A stretch of 64,000 nucleotides of DNA from Ginglymostoma cirratum. Its lineage: Eukaryota. Position 1 is the first letter of the stretch. The number at the start of each line of letters is the position of its first letter. Positions 27,610 to 40,600 of this stretch are shown here, piece by piece. The stretch is taken from positions 24,672,523 through 24,736,522 of the forward strand of contig JAHRHZ010000069.1 in assembly GCA_024137785.1 (NCBI GenBank), written 5' to 3'. The notes under the pieces are model-generated. The model saw nothing but the letters and a program-made list of their open reading frames with translations, searched no databases and was not told the origin of the DNA. Both the position numbers and the translations under genes were made by a program.

Positions 27610-27910
27610 GTCCTTGGTGGACCAGCGGTTAAGGTGCCACTCAATCAAATTTAAGGCCACATCTCAAGTTTAGTTCCATGTCTTTGCAGACTTAGGGCAA
27701 CAATGGAGGTTTCCATATTCTCCTGGCCAGTGAAGGAATTCCATTCCAGATTGGTACAAGTTGACTGTAGTGATGGTGTCTTTCTCAGTATATTCTGATA
27801 CACTTTGTTTTAGTTAACACAAGAAGAACATACATTTCAATAAGATACCAGAGGCTTGTAGTAATCTCTAAAAACAGGCAGCAACAGTTAATGTCTTAAA
27901 GAAAGAAGAA
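27610..27910 (+). mobile_element. Very old tRNA-headed SINE-like element
   Basis: A-box-like gtggaccagcggttaagg head and a purine-rich end. The family cannot be assigned by eye. Confidence 0.35.
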
Positions 27911-29279
27911 TCATAAATAATTACTAATACGGAGAACTGTAGCACCCTTGACAGTAGAAATGCCACCAGGTCTAGTTGAAATGTATGCCGGACTGCTAAA
28001 AGAAGCATGGGAAGAAGCAATAGACATTCTTAGTATCATTTCCCAGTAACCTCTGACTAAGGCAGTGATAAGAAGGATCAACAGGGATAACTCATTTACC
28101 CTCAGTGCTATCAGACACAGGGAACGTACTACGGAGCCAAACCTCAGACTCCCCTCGATTGTTCTGCTAACTGCAGGTTTCCCCACCACAGCGTTGTCAC
28201 CCAAAGCAGCCTCACTACTATGTTCTAAATTTCAAGACTCTCACTGCTTTGACTAAAGCTACGTCCATTCCTGCTACAACACCCTCAGTCCAGCCAAGAC
28301 CCAGAACCGTTGCTATTGCTGCTAAAACAAAAAGCAAATCCCCACTCTTCCCCACCAAATTCAATAAATAGCTGAAAATCTACAGTTGTCCAGTGCTCTT
28401 TCAACATTTGATAAAAAGCTACTTAATGGTGAATGTGGGTCCCACCTGCGATCTAGTTCTAAATCATTCTCTAGGCCCCAAACAAACAAAATAAAAATAA
28501 AATAAAGCATTAAAAAAAGCAACTAGAGGTGGTTTTTGTCTAAAGGTGGAGTGGGGAGTGAGTGATTGATGGGGGATCTCCATTTTCTTTCTGTTAGGAA
28601 GTTCCTACCCTATACCAGAAAAAAATGGTCAATTTTCAAACGTTTGGGTGGAGCTGTGGACCCTAAATATGCTCCAGTGTTGGAGGTGCCAGTATTTTCA
28701 GCTAATCTAGGAAATCTACCCTTTAATTCTGGAATGGAAAAAGCCATAGCAACCATTCAGGCAGATCCCCAGATCCCAATGCTTACATTAGGATATGCAG
28801 AATTTTTGGATGCAAAACCCGCAGATATCTAGTTTTGGTGATGATGAAAAAAATTAGTGACTATATACCCAAGTCAAGGTATTTGTGACTTAAAAAGAAA
28901 CATGCAAATGATAGTATTGCCATGCGCTTACTACCCTAAGCCTGCCAAATGGTGGGTATAGTACTTTTCAAGGTACTGCTGGTAAAAACGTGAAGAGTAA
29001 ATGCTTTAATTCTATAGATTACACAGCTGTAGCCACAGTGTAGTGGTTCTTAGCTTTAAAACTTGCAAAAACCATTCATTTTTTGTACTCAGCGCAAAGC
29101 GGACAGTTTAATGAAATTCAATTTTCTAAACATTATTAAGCTCCCAGAATGCTGTCTTTAAAAAAGACACACTTATATAGTTATTCAGATAATTAAACAG
29201 GTAGTAAGTGGAGGGTAGAAGTCTATTCAGGGCAAGAAAAATTATATATGTTCAGAATCTCAGCGAAATGTAAGAATAC

Positions 29280-30195
29280 TTAATATTGAATGCTTGATTT
29301 TTGTGCTTACTAAGGAAGTGAACATGAACAAAATATATGTGGAAGCAGAAACCGTTGAGGCATTGAATGATCTGAAAATTGATAGTCAAGTATTCACTGA
29401 AAAGACTGGTTATGTTTGAAGTAGATAAGTCACCTGGCTTAAATCTCAGGTTGTAAAGGAGGAATGGGATTGGAGATAACGGAAGTGCTTGTCATAATCT
29501 TCCAATATTCCCCAGAAATAAAGGAGATACTAGATAATTGTGAAGTAACAAATCAAGAAATCTCTTTTAATCAAGAAAGAGTTTAAGGATATTCCGGGTA
29601 ACAGGACAGTCAGTTTAACGTCAATGGTCAGTTAGGTTTCAGAAAAAATTAATTTATCTTGGAGAGGTGTGCTTGAATTAAAGACAGCCAATATAATTTT
29701 TAAAAGTCAGACTAATCAAATTGATTTTTTCGATGAAGTTTGACAAAGAAAATTCTGTAAATAACATCTAAATAGATTTTAAGGAAATTTTTGATCAAGT
29801 GCCAAATAAAAGGCTGGCACACAAATTTGAGTTTCATGAAATAAGAGGATCAGTGTCAGCATAGATGAAAATTGGCTTTAGGGCAAAAAGCAGTGCATTG
29901 TGTTAAATGGTTGTTTTTCAGATTGTCGGATGGTTAACGTTGGCGTTTCCCAAGGATCAAGGTTAGAATCAAAACTTTTTATACTATGTTCAGATCACAT
30001 TTATAATGGACCTACACCGTAAACTTTCAAAATTTGCTAATAATACTAAACATAGAGCAAGATACCAATTGACTGTGATAGGACATAGATAGGCTGGGAG
30101 TGACAAATAGAATTTAACACTGGGAAGTAGGAGGTGATGCATTTTGGAAGAAAGGGCAGGGAGAGGCAATATGGAATTAATGGTAGTTTTACCAG
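29280..30195 (+). mobile_element. Decayed CR1 RT fragment
   Basis: Recognisable motifs DKSPG, VSLTSMV, DF.EIFDQVP, GVSQGS, KFANNTK and EVMHFGRK. Confidence 0.75.
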
Positions 30196-30224
30196 GATAA
30201 AGCAGAGAATGTAATTAATTGGTC

Positions 30225-31465
30225 TGCCCCAGTCTGCTGCAATATTCCTAGCCTCTGACCTGCTTTTGTTGCCATGGTGTTTATGTGGTGAGTCTCATTG
30301 AGTTTCTTGTCAATGGAACCCCATGGCTGTTTATCATGAGAGATTCAGTGATGGGAACATCATTGAAAGTCAAGAGGTAGTGGTTAGATTGTCTCTTATT
30401 GGAGATGATCATTGCCTGACATTTGTGTGGCATGGATATTATTTGCCACTTGTCAGCCTAAGCCTGGATATTGTTCAGATTTTGTTACCTTTGAACATGG
30501 ACTGCTTCAATATTTGAGGAGTCACAAATGTGTCACATTGTGCAATCACTGGTGAACATCCTGACTTCTGACCTTATGATGGAGGGAAGGTCATTGATGA
30601 AACAGCTGACGATGTTTGGACCTAGGACACTACCTTTAGGATCTCCTGCAGAGATGTCCTAGAGTTGAGATGCCTAACCTTCATCAACCACAACCGTGCC
30701 AGGTTTTACTCTAGCCAGTGGAGTATTTTATCCCTGATACCCATTGACTACAGTTTTGCTAGGGGTCATTGGTGCTACTCTTGGTCAAATGTGGCCTTGA
30801 TGTCAAGGGCTGTCATTCTCACCTCATGTCTGGAATTCAGCTGTTTTGCCCATGTTTGAACTAAAAATGTAATGAGTTCAGGAGCTAAGTGGCCCTAGCA
30901 GAACCCAAACTGGACTTGACTGAACAATTATTGCTGAGCAGGAGCTGCTTGATAGCACTGTCGATGACACCTTCTATTACTTTAATGATAATTAAGAGTA
31001 GACTGATGGAGTGGTAACTGGCCAGGTTGGATTGGTGCTGCCTTTTGTGTGGAGGGCATACGTGGGTAATTTTCCACACTGTCAGGACATATCCAGAGCT
31101 GGAGTAATGGTTCCTGGGAATTATCTGTAAGGTATGGTTCTGTGAATATTACTATGTCAGGTTGCTGCTTGACGAGTTTGTGAGACAGTTCTCCTAATTT
31201 TCGTATTCGCTCCAGATGTTAGTAAGGAAGACTTTGTAGGGTTGACAGGGCTGTTTCTTCCATAGTCTTTTCAAGGCCTAAGACGGTCCATCCGTTTTCA
31301 TTTCTTTATTGAGAATTTGTTGCAATTGATGAAACTGAGTGGCTTGCTAGGCCATTTCAGAGGCCAGTTGAGAATCAACCACATTGCTGTGGGTCCATAG
31401 TCACAAGTATGGTAGACCAAGTGAGGATGGCAGATTTCCTTCCCTGAAGGACACTAGTGAACCAT
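30225..31465 (-). mobile_element. LINE family X (CR1/L2/Jockey group), internally deleted copy that keeps the 5' leader, EN N-terminus and RT
   Basis: Minus strand gives KLGELSHKLVKQQPDIVIFTEPYL (EN, about 31125-31200) and MWKITHVCPPHKRQHQSNLASYHSISLL (RT). Homologous to 62155-63449. Confidence 0.85.
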
Positions 31466-32584
31466 TAATTGGCTGGATTTTAAGCATCCACTTCCTGCTG
31501 CAACAGCTTCAGCAATAGCCACTGTGACCATGCACTGCCTAAAATACTGATCTGCCAGCCCTTGAATTTAGAATACACTTTCCCAGATCAAGCCGCATAC
31601 GAAAGCAGGGTCACTTCCCAGTTTGCGCTCTGGTGATAGACATCTGTTCCTTCCACACAATTCAGATAAATTTTATTCTCTTAACATGGCTCAATGACTG
31701 AATGACAGACTGTCAATTTGATATCACCTAGTTTATATATTATACAAAGCCAACGTAACCCCAATAAGAAAAAAAAGTTACCTTGTGACAAATTAAAATA
31801 ATGTTGGAACACCTTAAGTTTGATCTCAGCAAATAAGTTATCAGAAATGTGTTCACAAATCCAACTGTGAAAGAAATTAACAGTTCAATTAGTATTAATG
31901 TTAAACTTCACTTGACAGGACAGCGAGAATTTGTTATTGATCTTTGTAATATACATATGGTTTGTTAAATTTGGAAAACTGTCAAATTGCTGTGGTTCAC
32001 TTGAGTCAGTATCATTAATTAGTGTGTTTCACTGCTCACTGGTGATAATAACCAAACATGACCTGAGTCTGATTGAAGATTGTGTTTTAAGTGTGTCTTG
32101 ATTAACCACTTTATTTCAAATTGATGTCTTGTCAACAATTGGCCGTATCCATTTGCACATAATTTATCATTTCTTACTATGTAAAATGACCTTATGTTGC
32201 TAAAAAGACCCAGAAACAAAAGTGTCATACATTGCACTTTGATTGAGAAGAGCTGAATTGGCCGCCTGAGCATGTGTTGCAATGGGTCATTGCCAGACTC
32301 TTCGGCTTTGGATGGAATTCTATTGACAGGAAGCAAAATAATATGTAAAATATTTGGAATGATCTTTTTGATATCAGTGTTGAAAATACGTGTAATTTTC
32401 AATTTTTGCAACAAGAACAGATAACATTCAGATAAATGGCCCACAAGTTATGCAGGATATGATACTGTCCCCTCATGCATCTCTCAAGTTATTGTCATGG
32501 AAGGGAATCACCATCTCTTGTTAGCTGACATGGCCAAGCAGAAAAAGTCATGATCTCTTCTTTGTAGCATCCTATAATGACCTG

Positions 32585-33590
32585 ACCATTGTTGGGAGAT
32601 TACAATGCAGGAGCTCACAGTTGCGTACCTGTGTCTCACCACAGAAGCACAGCAACACATCTTCAATTACTTCATCAACAATCTTCCCTCCATCACAACG
32701 TCGTTAACAATTTTCCAATGTTCAGCATCATTCAAACTTCTCAGATATTGAAGCTGTCTGTGTCAATTTCCAGCAAGACCTGGCCAACATTCAACCAAGG
32801 CTGTTTCTTTAATGGCAAGTAACATTTGCAAAACACAAATTCTAGGCAGTAACGATCTCCAACAAGAGAGCATCTAACCATTTCCCACTGAATTCCACTG
32901 CATTATAATTTCTAAGCACCCAAGTATTTACATCCAAGCGAAAACCTTTGACCAGGATCTGAAATGGACCAGTCAAATGATTGCTGTGGCTAAAGAACAG
33001 GTCAGAGGCTGGGAATTCTTTGGTGAGTAACTCTCTCCTGACTCTCCAATGCCTGTCCACAATCTACAAGGCTCATGTCGGAAGTCTGGTGGAAAACTCT
33101 CCAATTCCCAGGATGAATGTAGCTCCAGCAACACTGAAGAAGATTAATGCAATCCAAGACAAACAATCCTGCTGACCAGAAATCAATCCACCACCTTAAA
33201 CATTTACTCCCTGGACCACCAAAACACAATGACAGCTTTGTATACTATGTACAAGATGCACTGAAATGATTCCTTGAGGCTGCTTCAACAGTACTTTCCA
33301 AATTTGTGACCTCTGCCATCTAGAAGGACAAGGGCAGTAAGTGTAGGCATGTCACGACCCACAAGTTCCCACCAAATCACAAAATATCTTGATTTGTTAC
33401 TATATTTGTTCCTTCATTGTCACAAGGTCAAACTCCTCTAATTATTTTCCTAATAGTGCTATGGGTTTAGCTACACCACATGGACCAGAGCAGTTCAAGA
33501 AAGTTACTCACCACCACCTTCTCTTAAGCAATTAGACAGTAAACACTGGCCTAACCAGCAACATCTGCATCACAATGAAAGAATAAATTT
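32585..33590 (+). mobile_element. LINE family X, 5'-truncated copy with 3' tail
   Basis: Reverse-complement homologue of 62170-63150. Ends gcaattagacagtaaacactggcctaaccagcaacatctgcatcacaatgaaagaataaa. Confidence 0.8.
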
Positions 33591-34202
33591 TCAAATGTAC
33601 TGCTTTCAGTTTTTTGAATAGGCATTGTTTGCCAAAAGTACATGCAATACGAGGGACTAGCATGAAGCCATGTTAATATCAACAGAGTATCCCCATATTC
33701 AGAGGTTTCTTTGGAAGAACTGTAACAAAAGTTGACCTGTTTGAAACATCAAAGTCAGGAAAGCATATAGCCTGGCAAATACAGCTATATTATTGCACAT
33801 ATACAGCTGCATCCAGTAGCCATTGTACAGATGAGAATTAAAGTTACTAGCCTTGAGATAATAAGACAATTGACACCAGTATCTCATGATATCAAGTAGA
33901 TCATACCTACTATCGCACAAAATCAAAATCATCCCAATAAGAGAAAAGTTACCCTGTGAAGAATAAATGTCATACCGGTGTTGGGTTAGAACATCTTACA
34001 TTTGGTCTTGGCAAGTAAATAATCAGAAATACTTTCACAGAGCCAGCAGTGAAAAAAAATCAGTAGATCATTTACTATTAATGTTAAGCTTCACGTGACA
34101 GGACAGTGAGAATTTTGCTATTGATCTTTGTATTACGCATATGGTTTGCCAAATTTGGAAAACTGACAGTTGTGATTCACATTAGTCACATTTACAGTGT
34201 CC

Positions 34203-34662
34203 GTCATGACTCATTTGGTAGCACACTCATTCCTGAATCACAAAGTTCCAGTTTTGAAGTTGCAGGGCAACTCTTGAGCACAATAATTAAGGTAGCACTC
34301 TGGTGCAGTATAGAGACTGTATTTTACTGTTGCTGGTGCTGGTTTTAGATGAGCCATTAAAGTAAGGACCCATCTGGCTGATTGGGTGTATTTATGTGAT
34401 TCCATGGTACTATTTCAAACAAGAATATTATTTCTAGAGTCCCGACCACTATTTATCCCTCAAGCAACATCAGAAAAGAAGTTAATTATATGGCATGGTC
34501 ACGTTTCTGTCAGTAAGAGTTTGCTGATCACAAGCTAGTTGCTACATTTCCTACATTTCAAAAGTGACTATCCTTCAAAAAGTTCTTAATTGTCTGAAAA
34601 GCAATTTGAGATGTCCAGTGGTCATGAAAAGATCTATATTAATGCAAGTATTTGTTTTCTTT
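34203..34662 (+). mobile_element. Deu-domain SINE
   Basis: Head gactcatttggtagcacactc; core gatgagccattaaa...gattccatggtactatttcaa...atatttatccctcaagcaacatca; tail gaaaagatctatattaatgcaagt. Confidence 0.8.
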
Positions 34663-35699
34663 TGAACATTTGCGGACTTTCAGCTTTTCAATCCATAACA
34701 ATAGTTGCCTGTCATCCCCTCACTAAAACGGATGTTTTTGACCTTCCCTTGCATGTCCATTCTTCAAAAGCTTATTATTGCCCCTTCAAGCTAGAATTAG
34801 TGTTGCATCATTGTTTGAGATGAAAAACCCACAATCCAACCTTACAATATAAACAGATCTACAATATTTGCACATTTACTTACACAGAAATCAGGGTGCA
34901 ATGTTTTATTCTTAGAGATACAAGCATTGACTGGGATGATCCTGAAAGTTCTAACCAACATTTTGCACAAGCTAAGCACCAGCTCACTGCCTAGCATCTT
35001 CTAAAGTCTAAATCCCTGACTGGGTGATTAATATGTCTCTGTAATCTTCCCACTTGTCAACTCAAATACTCTGAGAAATAAAGAGGAAAGGTACAGTTGT
35101 AAATCCAAAAATGTGATGAAACTAAAAACAAAGGAGGAAAAAAGTGAAAAATAAACATGAAGAGTAAAACAAGTGAAAGATGGATGTAAAAATGAGGGAA
35201 AAGGGAAGAATGTCAGGTAGTTTTAGTCTAACATGCCTGCCCAAAAATCCATGGAATCAAGCTGGTTTTATATCTGGTCTGATTTTACTCTTCAATTGAT
35301 AATAATATTGGGTGGGATGTGAAATCAGCAGTCCACCAAATCATCTCAGTGAGTTAAATTGAATTTACTCCTATACGTTGCTGAACATTTCATCAGAAAT
35401 ACTGTCAAGGCAAAGCACAAACTCTTTACTTAAGCACTTCTCTCCACCTGGTCTAAGTAATATATCCATCCTCTTTACATACTATTAATTCTAAGCCTGC
35501 AAGTAGAGAGGGCTCTGACATCTCTTGAAAAGATGCAATGCCCTTCACAATATTACTTCTCCAAGTATTTCAGAGAAGTCTTGCAAGAAATTCATAGCGT
35601 TTTACTTGTGACGTGTACTGTAATGCTTTCCTGTCAGTCCAAGAACTTGAAAATTATTGCAGTCATCATTTTTCAAAACACCTAGTTACGTCAATAAAT

Positions 35700-37630
35700 A
35701 TAACAGAATTTTGCCAAAAATAGACTAAGCATCAATTTTGGGGAATTTTGTGAAGGGTTTCTCCATAAGCGCCACACCTCTATGGTGTTACACTCCCAGT
35801 ATTGTGTGCTCACAAGTAATGGAAATACCACTGTTGGGACCTTCTGGAATTTCGGCAGCTGGTGCCATATTTAAAGCCCAGCTATGCCAACCACAAATAC
35901 CTCTTCAGAGGACACATAATGAAAGGGTAACAAAAAAGAAAAACTTCTGTGTGCACATAGGTGTACAGATTAGACTTCATTTGAGGTAGAATCTCACAGT
36001 TGTAATTGTTTTACTTCTTTACATCACCCCCTGTTTGGTCAACTGTCAATGTAACTGCAGCTGCAAGATTGAAATCACACAGGCTACCCATCCTCAGTGA
36101 TATACCATGTTATAACACTGTCTAATGGAGTGCTATTCTTTCCCGAACACCCAGTATAGTTTGTCATTGTTCAATGTTGGAGCTGTAGATTCTGGGAAGT
36201 CTTCATACGATTGAAAACATTCACCTTTGTTCAAAACAGCAAGAGCTGTAAAAATAAACGTATTCGGCTGCGTTTGTTTCTGAGACAGGGACAGTTTGCT
36301 TTTCGGACTGCAACAAATTTGCAGTCAATGAATGATCACTGAACCCAGCTCACATCTATTGGAACCAAGTGACAATCACATCCTGGCTGGCTTGCTGTGC
36401 CCAGTACTGCTGCACTCTATCCTGCTGTAGGTGATACTCCTCCTGCACAATGGCCTTATCTTCCATCTTGGAAGTTTGCTGCTTCTCTCTCATCTCTTCA
36501 GCATCCATCACATCTCCTCATCCCCTTATACTTGCTATAGTTGTGCGTGCTAGGATTATGTGGCACAATCTGCAAGTATTTCACCCCACCACTAACCAAT
36601 CTAAGCATTAGAAACTCATCTTCAAGAGGACTTTTATCAACTCTATGATGGCCCTGGTCAAAGAATGACCAGCATTGCACATGTACATGGCCTCAATCAG
36701 AGGTTGTATAATGGAGTCATCAGCCATGGCTAGAGGGTAGCCCTTGTCTCTCAGTAACCATCATCTTAAGGCATCTGGACAATTTTGTTTGCTGTGTAAG
36801 CTGATGGCACATGATGTAGGTGTGCAACTGCCAGAGCACAGTGCCATACAGCAACACGTCAACCCCCTTGACTGATCACTATTGACAATCATGACAAGCT
36901 GGCTGGCTTTGCATCTGCATTAAACATCAAGACAACTCATGAGTACTGTGAGCTTTTAACTTCTGCATAAGGTGGCGAAACTCAAAACGTTAAGGCAAAG
37001 CAAAGATGCTGTGAACATGGGAATGATTGAGCACTCAGAGACCAAACGAAGAGCCCTGAGATGCACCCTGGTCAAATCCATGAGCTAGTGGCTATTCCTG
37101 TATGCAATGTCTTAGAAGCACCATTAAACTGAAAGGGGATAGTGAGCTCCAAATTGCAATACTGAAGTTCAGAACTATATTCCAAACAAGTCAGAGATGT
37201 GTCATTTTGAATTGATAAGTGTCATGTATGTTTGGTGCCAACCTCCATTGATTGGGAATGGAGGTCGTTGCTGCCCAAGAAGCATGCCATGAGATGTTGG
37301 ATTCTCCTGTTTAAACTGGAGGCTGAGAGGAGCAAGCAGTGACCAGCTAGCTTCTTAAACATTCATGTCAGGAATTGTCACTGTTCAGTTTCTATCCAGT
37401 GTGTAGGAGAATACGAAACTGTATATTGATGAAGGAAGCTTAGGCTTGAGTACGATGTAAATGATTACAACCAGGTCTCTCGCCACTCATTAACAATATT
37501 CTTGTCTCACCATTCAAAACTTGTTTGCAGAGTCAGACCTTTATTCTCGATGGTGAGAATCTCATTTTCCAAACTTGCCACAATTTCCCAACTGATTCAG
37601 CAAACCCACATTATTCAGGAGCCTGGAAAT
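35700..37630 (-). mobile_element. PIF/Harbinger DNA transposon remnant (DDE transposase pseudogene at about 36520-36765)
   Basis: Minus strand with frameshifts: WLLRDKGYPL / PWLMTPL / NAGHSLTRAIIELIKVLLKMSF*CLD / SGG, matching the Harbinger pattern WLLGDxGYPLxxWLMTP...YNxAHxxTRxxIERxxGxLKxRFRCLD. Loosely inverted subterminal segments near 35730-35760 and 37570-37600. Outer limits approximate. Confidence 0.75.
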
Positions 37631-40600
37631 GAAGCTTTATATGTTTGTTTGTAGCAAGAACTCTGATGACCTTAAGTTCCGTGATGCATTTGTTGTAGTG
37701 ATCTCTTAGATTTGCTTTTGATTCAGTTGTGTTAATAGCATTTTAAGATACTTACATCAGTATTTACTGGACTAACAATAGCTGTAACGTTACTTAAGAT
37801 GTAAACATCCAGTAGAAAGTTTCAATGTGAGCAAGAAGACAACTTCTGAACACTGTTTGGAAATGACATGTGTAATGTTACATGTTATATATAAATTTGT
37901 TAAGGCCACTTTTTCTTGGTAAATCTTAGCAATTCTCTTATTCCAATTATGCTTTCAATTATGTCTATCACTCAGAATAAAGCAACACATTGAGAAATTT
38001 CAGGGAATTTAACTTGTTATTATTGTTAATTTAGTCAGAGTTCACTCAAAACATTGCCATGTAATGCTGTGCCTTAAGTAATAGTAATAACGAATAATTG
38101 AAGAATGCGACAGTAATTTAGGAACAGAATTGTGTACTGTATTAGTCTGGGTAGCTGCCCTTATAGATCTGAAACAAGAGTGGGGAAGGTGCTGAGAGAG
38201 GGATTTTCTTTCATTTTCTAGTCAAGAAATAGTCAAAGTAGGCAAAATTGACTATTAAATATTTGTATCCAGTATAGCATTATTGTTCTCGGAGTATCAT
38301 AATAAAAGCCGGAATAGGAGTGCAAAGCATGATACCAACAAAGTCATAACTGTACTACAAGCAATTTTAGAATGTCTGCCTGCCAGTGAAGAGCTGTGTA
38401 TTTCTGACTTCCATACATTCACAAAGCTCTGTTTCTTCATCAAATTTTGCAGCATCTGTTTTTTTTTCATAATATTAAGGAGACTGAATGCCATTTTTGT
38501 AAAGAGCTCCCATAGGGCATCTGAGCATTTTTAAAACCTGGCTTGACACCATAGCAGAATATATACCACTCAATATGAAATTCAAATGCAATGAGACAGC
38601 CATGTGGAAGAGGTCTAATGCCCTTTGGCTTTGGTGCATTCAATAGTTAGATCAAGACCTGAATTTCAGTTATACCAAAATTGGAACAACCATTGCAATG
38701 CAGAGCACATTCTTGTAACATAATCATTTTAAGACATTTCTGGGAAATGTGACAAGGAACTAAAACTTTCGCATCTGTGCAAAAATGGAAATATAACTGC
38801 AGCTTGAATGAGTGTGATAAAAGTAAGTTAATATCCTACTTTCCCATTTTGATTGAACTATATAGTTGATTGAGATTCTAATCTGCATTCTTCTTGCGAT
38901 GTTGCAGGTATACTTTGTTTTAAAAGTTGCACCAATTTGTGTAACCGTGGTAATAAGTATACATTCATTCTCTTTTAAATGGTGAAACCACAGAGGTTAT
39001 ACTCTCAGACCAGTTCTATTATTTCTTCCTAGCTTTGATAGGTCTGAAAAGTAACCAGGGAATGTAACCATCCATTAATTGAAATGAACAGGTTAATGTT
39101 TCCATTTTTGGTCATTTCTTTTATTGCTTTATCATTGGATATAAATGTGGATTTTGATTGTGCATGACTTTGAGATTTTTAGTAAAACAATGGCATTTAT
39201 AAAAAAAAATTATTAATTACAAAAGGGACATTGTAGTGAATTTCCAGGAAATTCAAGTTCAATGTACATTATTTAGAATGTGTTGGGGGGCTTCAGAGTT
39301 GTAACTAAGGCTGCAGTGCTACTTGGTAGTTGATGGTGGCTGCTAATTATCCAAAATGGAAAATGCTCAAATGTGTAAACATCTTCCTTTTTAGATATTC
39401 ATCCAATATTCAACTTTTAATGTTATAAGTATCTTCTCCTTTTCTTGTTCTATGCCCTGTGCTGATGAAGAATAGATTTGGATTAAATTAATTCCATGGA
39501 TTAAAGATATTGCAATTTGGGTGTTTTTGACCAGACAGAGATTGCAAAAATGATTTCAAAGATGAAATACAATCTGGTGGTGGATTTCCTTGTTCTGATT
39601 AAAATAATTTGAGGTCAAATGAAGAAACATCTTGAACAGAAGTTAGTCTAAGATTAAACTATAAAGTGTATAGATCAAAAGATTAAGTGTGCCTCAACAG
39701 AGCTGAATCAAATGCATAGATAAAAGCAAAAAGCCACATCGCAAAATGATTCCTCCTGACGTTTGTATTAGTCGTTATCACTGTAGACCAGAAATAGAGA
39801 TAATGTACTTTCATGGAAATAACATAGGAGCCACAATATATATCTCAAGTGTATATAAACCAAACTTTCATTCATTGAGCAAAATGAAAATCAATAGTGA
39901 TGAAAATAACATTAGAATTCTGCATACAACTGTTTTTGTATACTCTGAAAATATATATTGATTCTTATGGTTTAATGTAGTAAGTGCAATGTAAGAATTT
40001 TTCAAGTGCTTCTTTTAGGATGCAATAGCTATTATGGAGTTAGTTGTCATGAATGGGCCAACAAGCCAGCATTGGATGCATAAAATATGGAAGTATTGGC
40101 TGAGCAGCCGATATTGCCCTTCGTGGGTGAAATAAATGACAGTGATTTCAGTAGCAATACAGATGGCGTTATTTGAAGATGCAAAGAGCAAACTGTAATT
40201 GTTACCAGCGTGTCAAACACATTTTTAAAAAAATAATTGTAGGTAAATGCTAACTTGATGTAGTTTACAATGCCTTTATTACAAATGATTTATCGTTAAT
40301 GAAGAATCATGACATGTCCTTCTCTGAAACTCGAGCTGAAGTAGAAATGTTATATCTTTAATTTCCCACATCATGCACGCCTGAGTGAAATAGTGCCTGA
40401 GGAGCACGTATCACGTCAGATTAATGGGAGAGGAGATTAGATGATCACGATCTGAGCTAGTTCATCTTCTAAATCGCTTTCTCCCGACCTTTGAGAGGGG
40501 GTTGCGCTCATATTGAATATTGGGTTCAGACACTGAAATAAGCGTCATTTAAAATGTGCAAAATTTACGATTGTATGTCTAAAAACGAAAGCTGGTATCT

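Noticed and set aside
38283-38534. Overlapping ORFs on both strands as a possible small gene
   Set aside because: No recognisable domain or splice structure; more likely non-coding.
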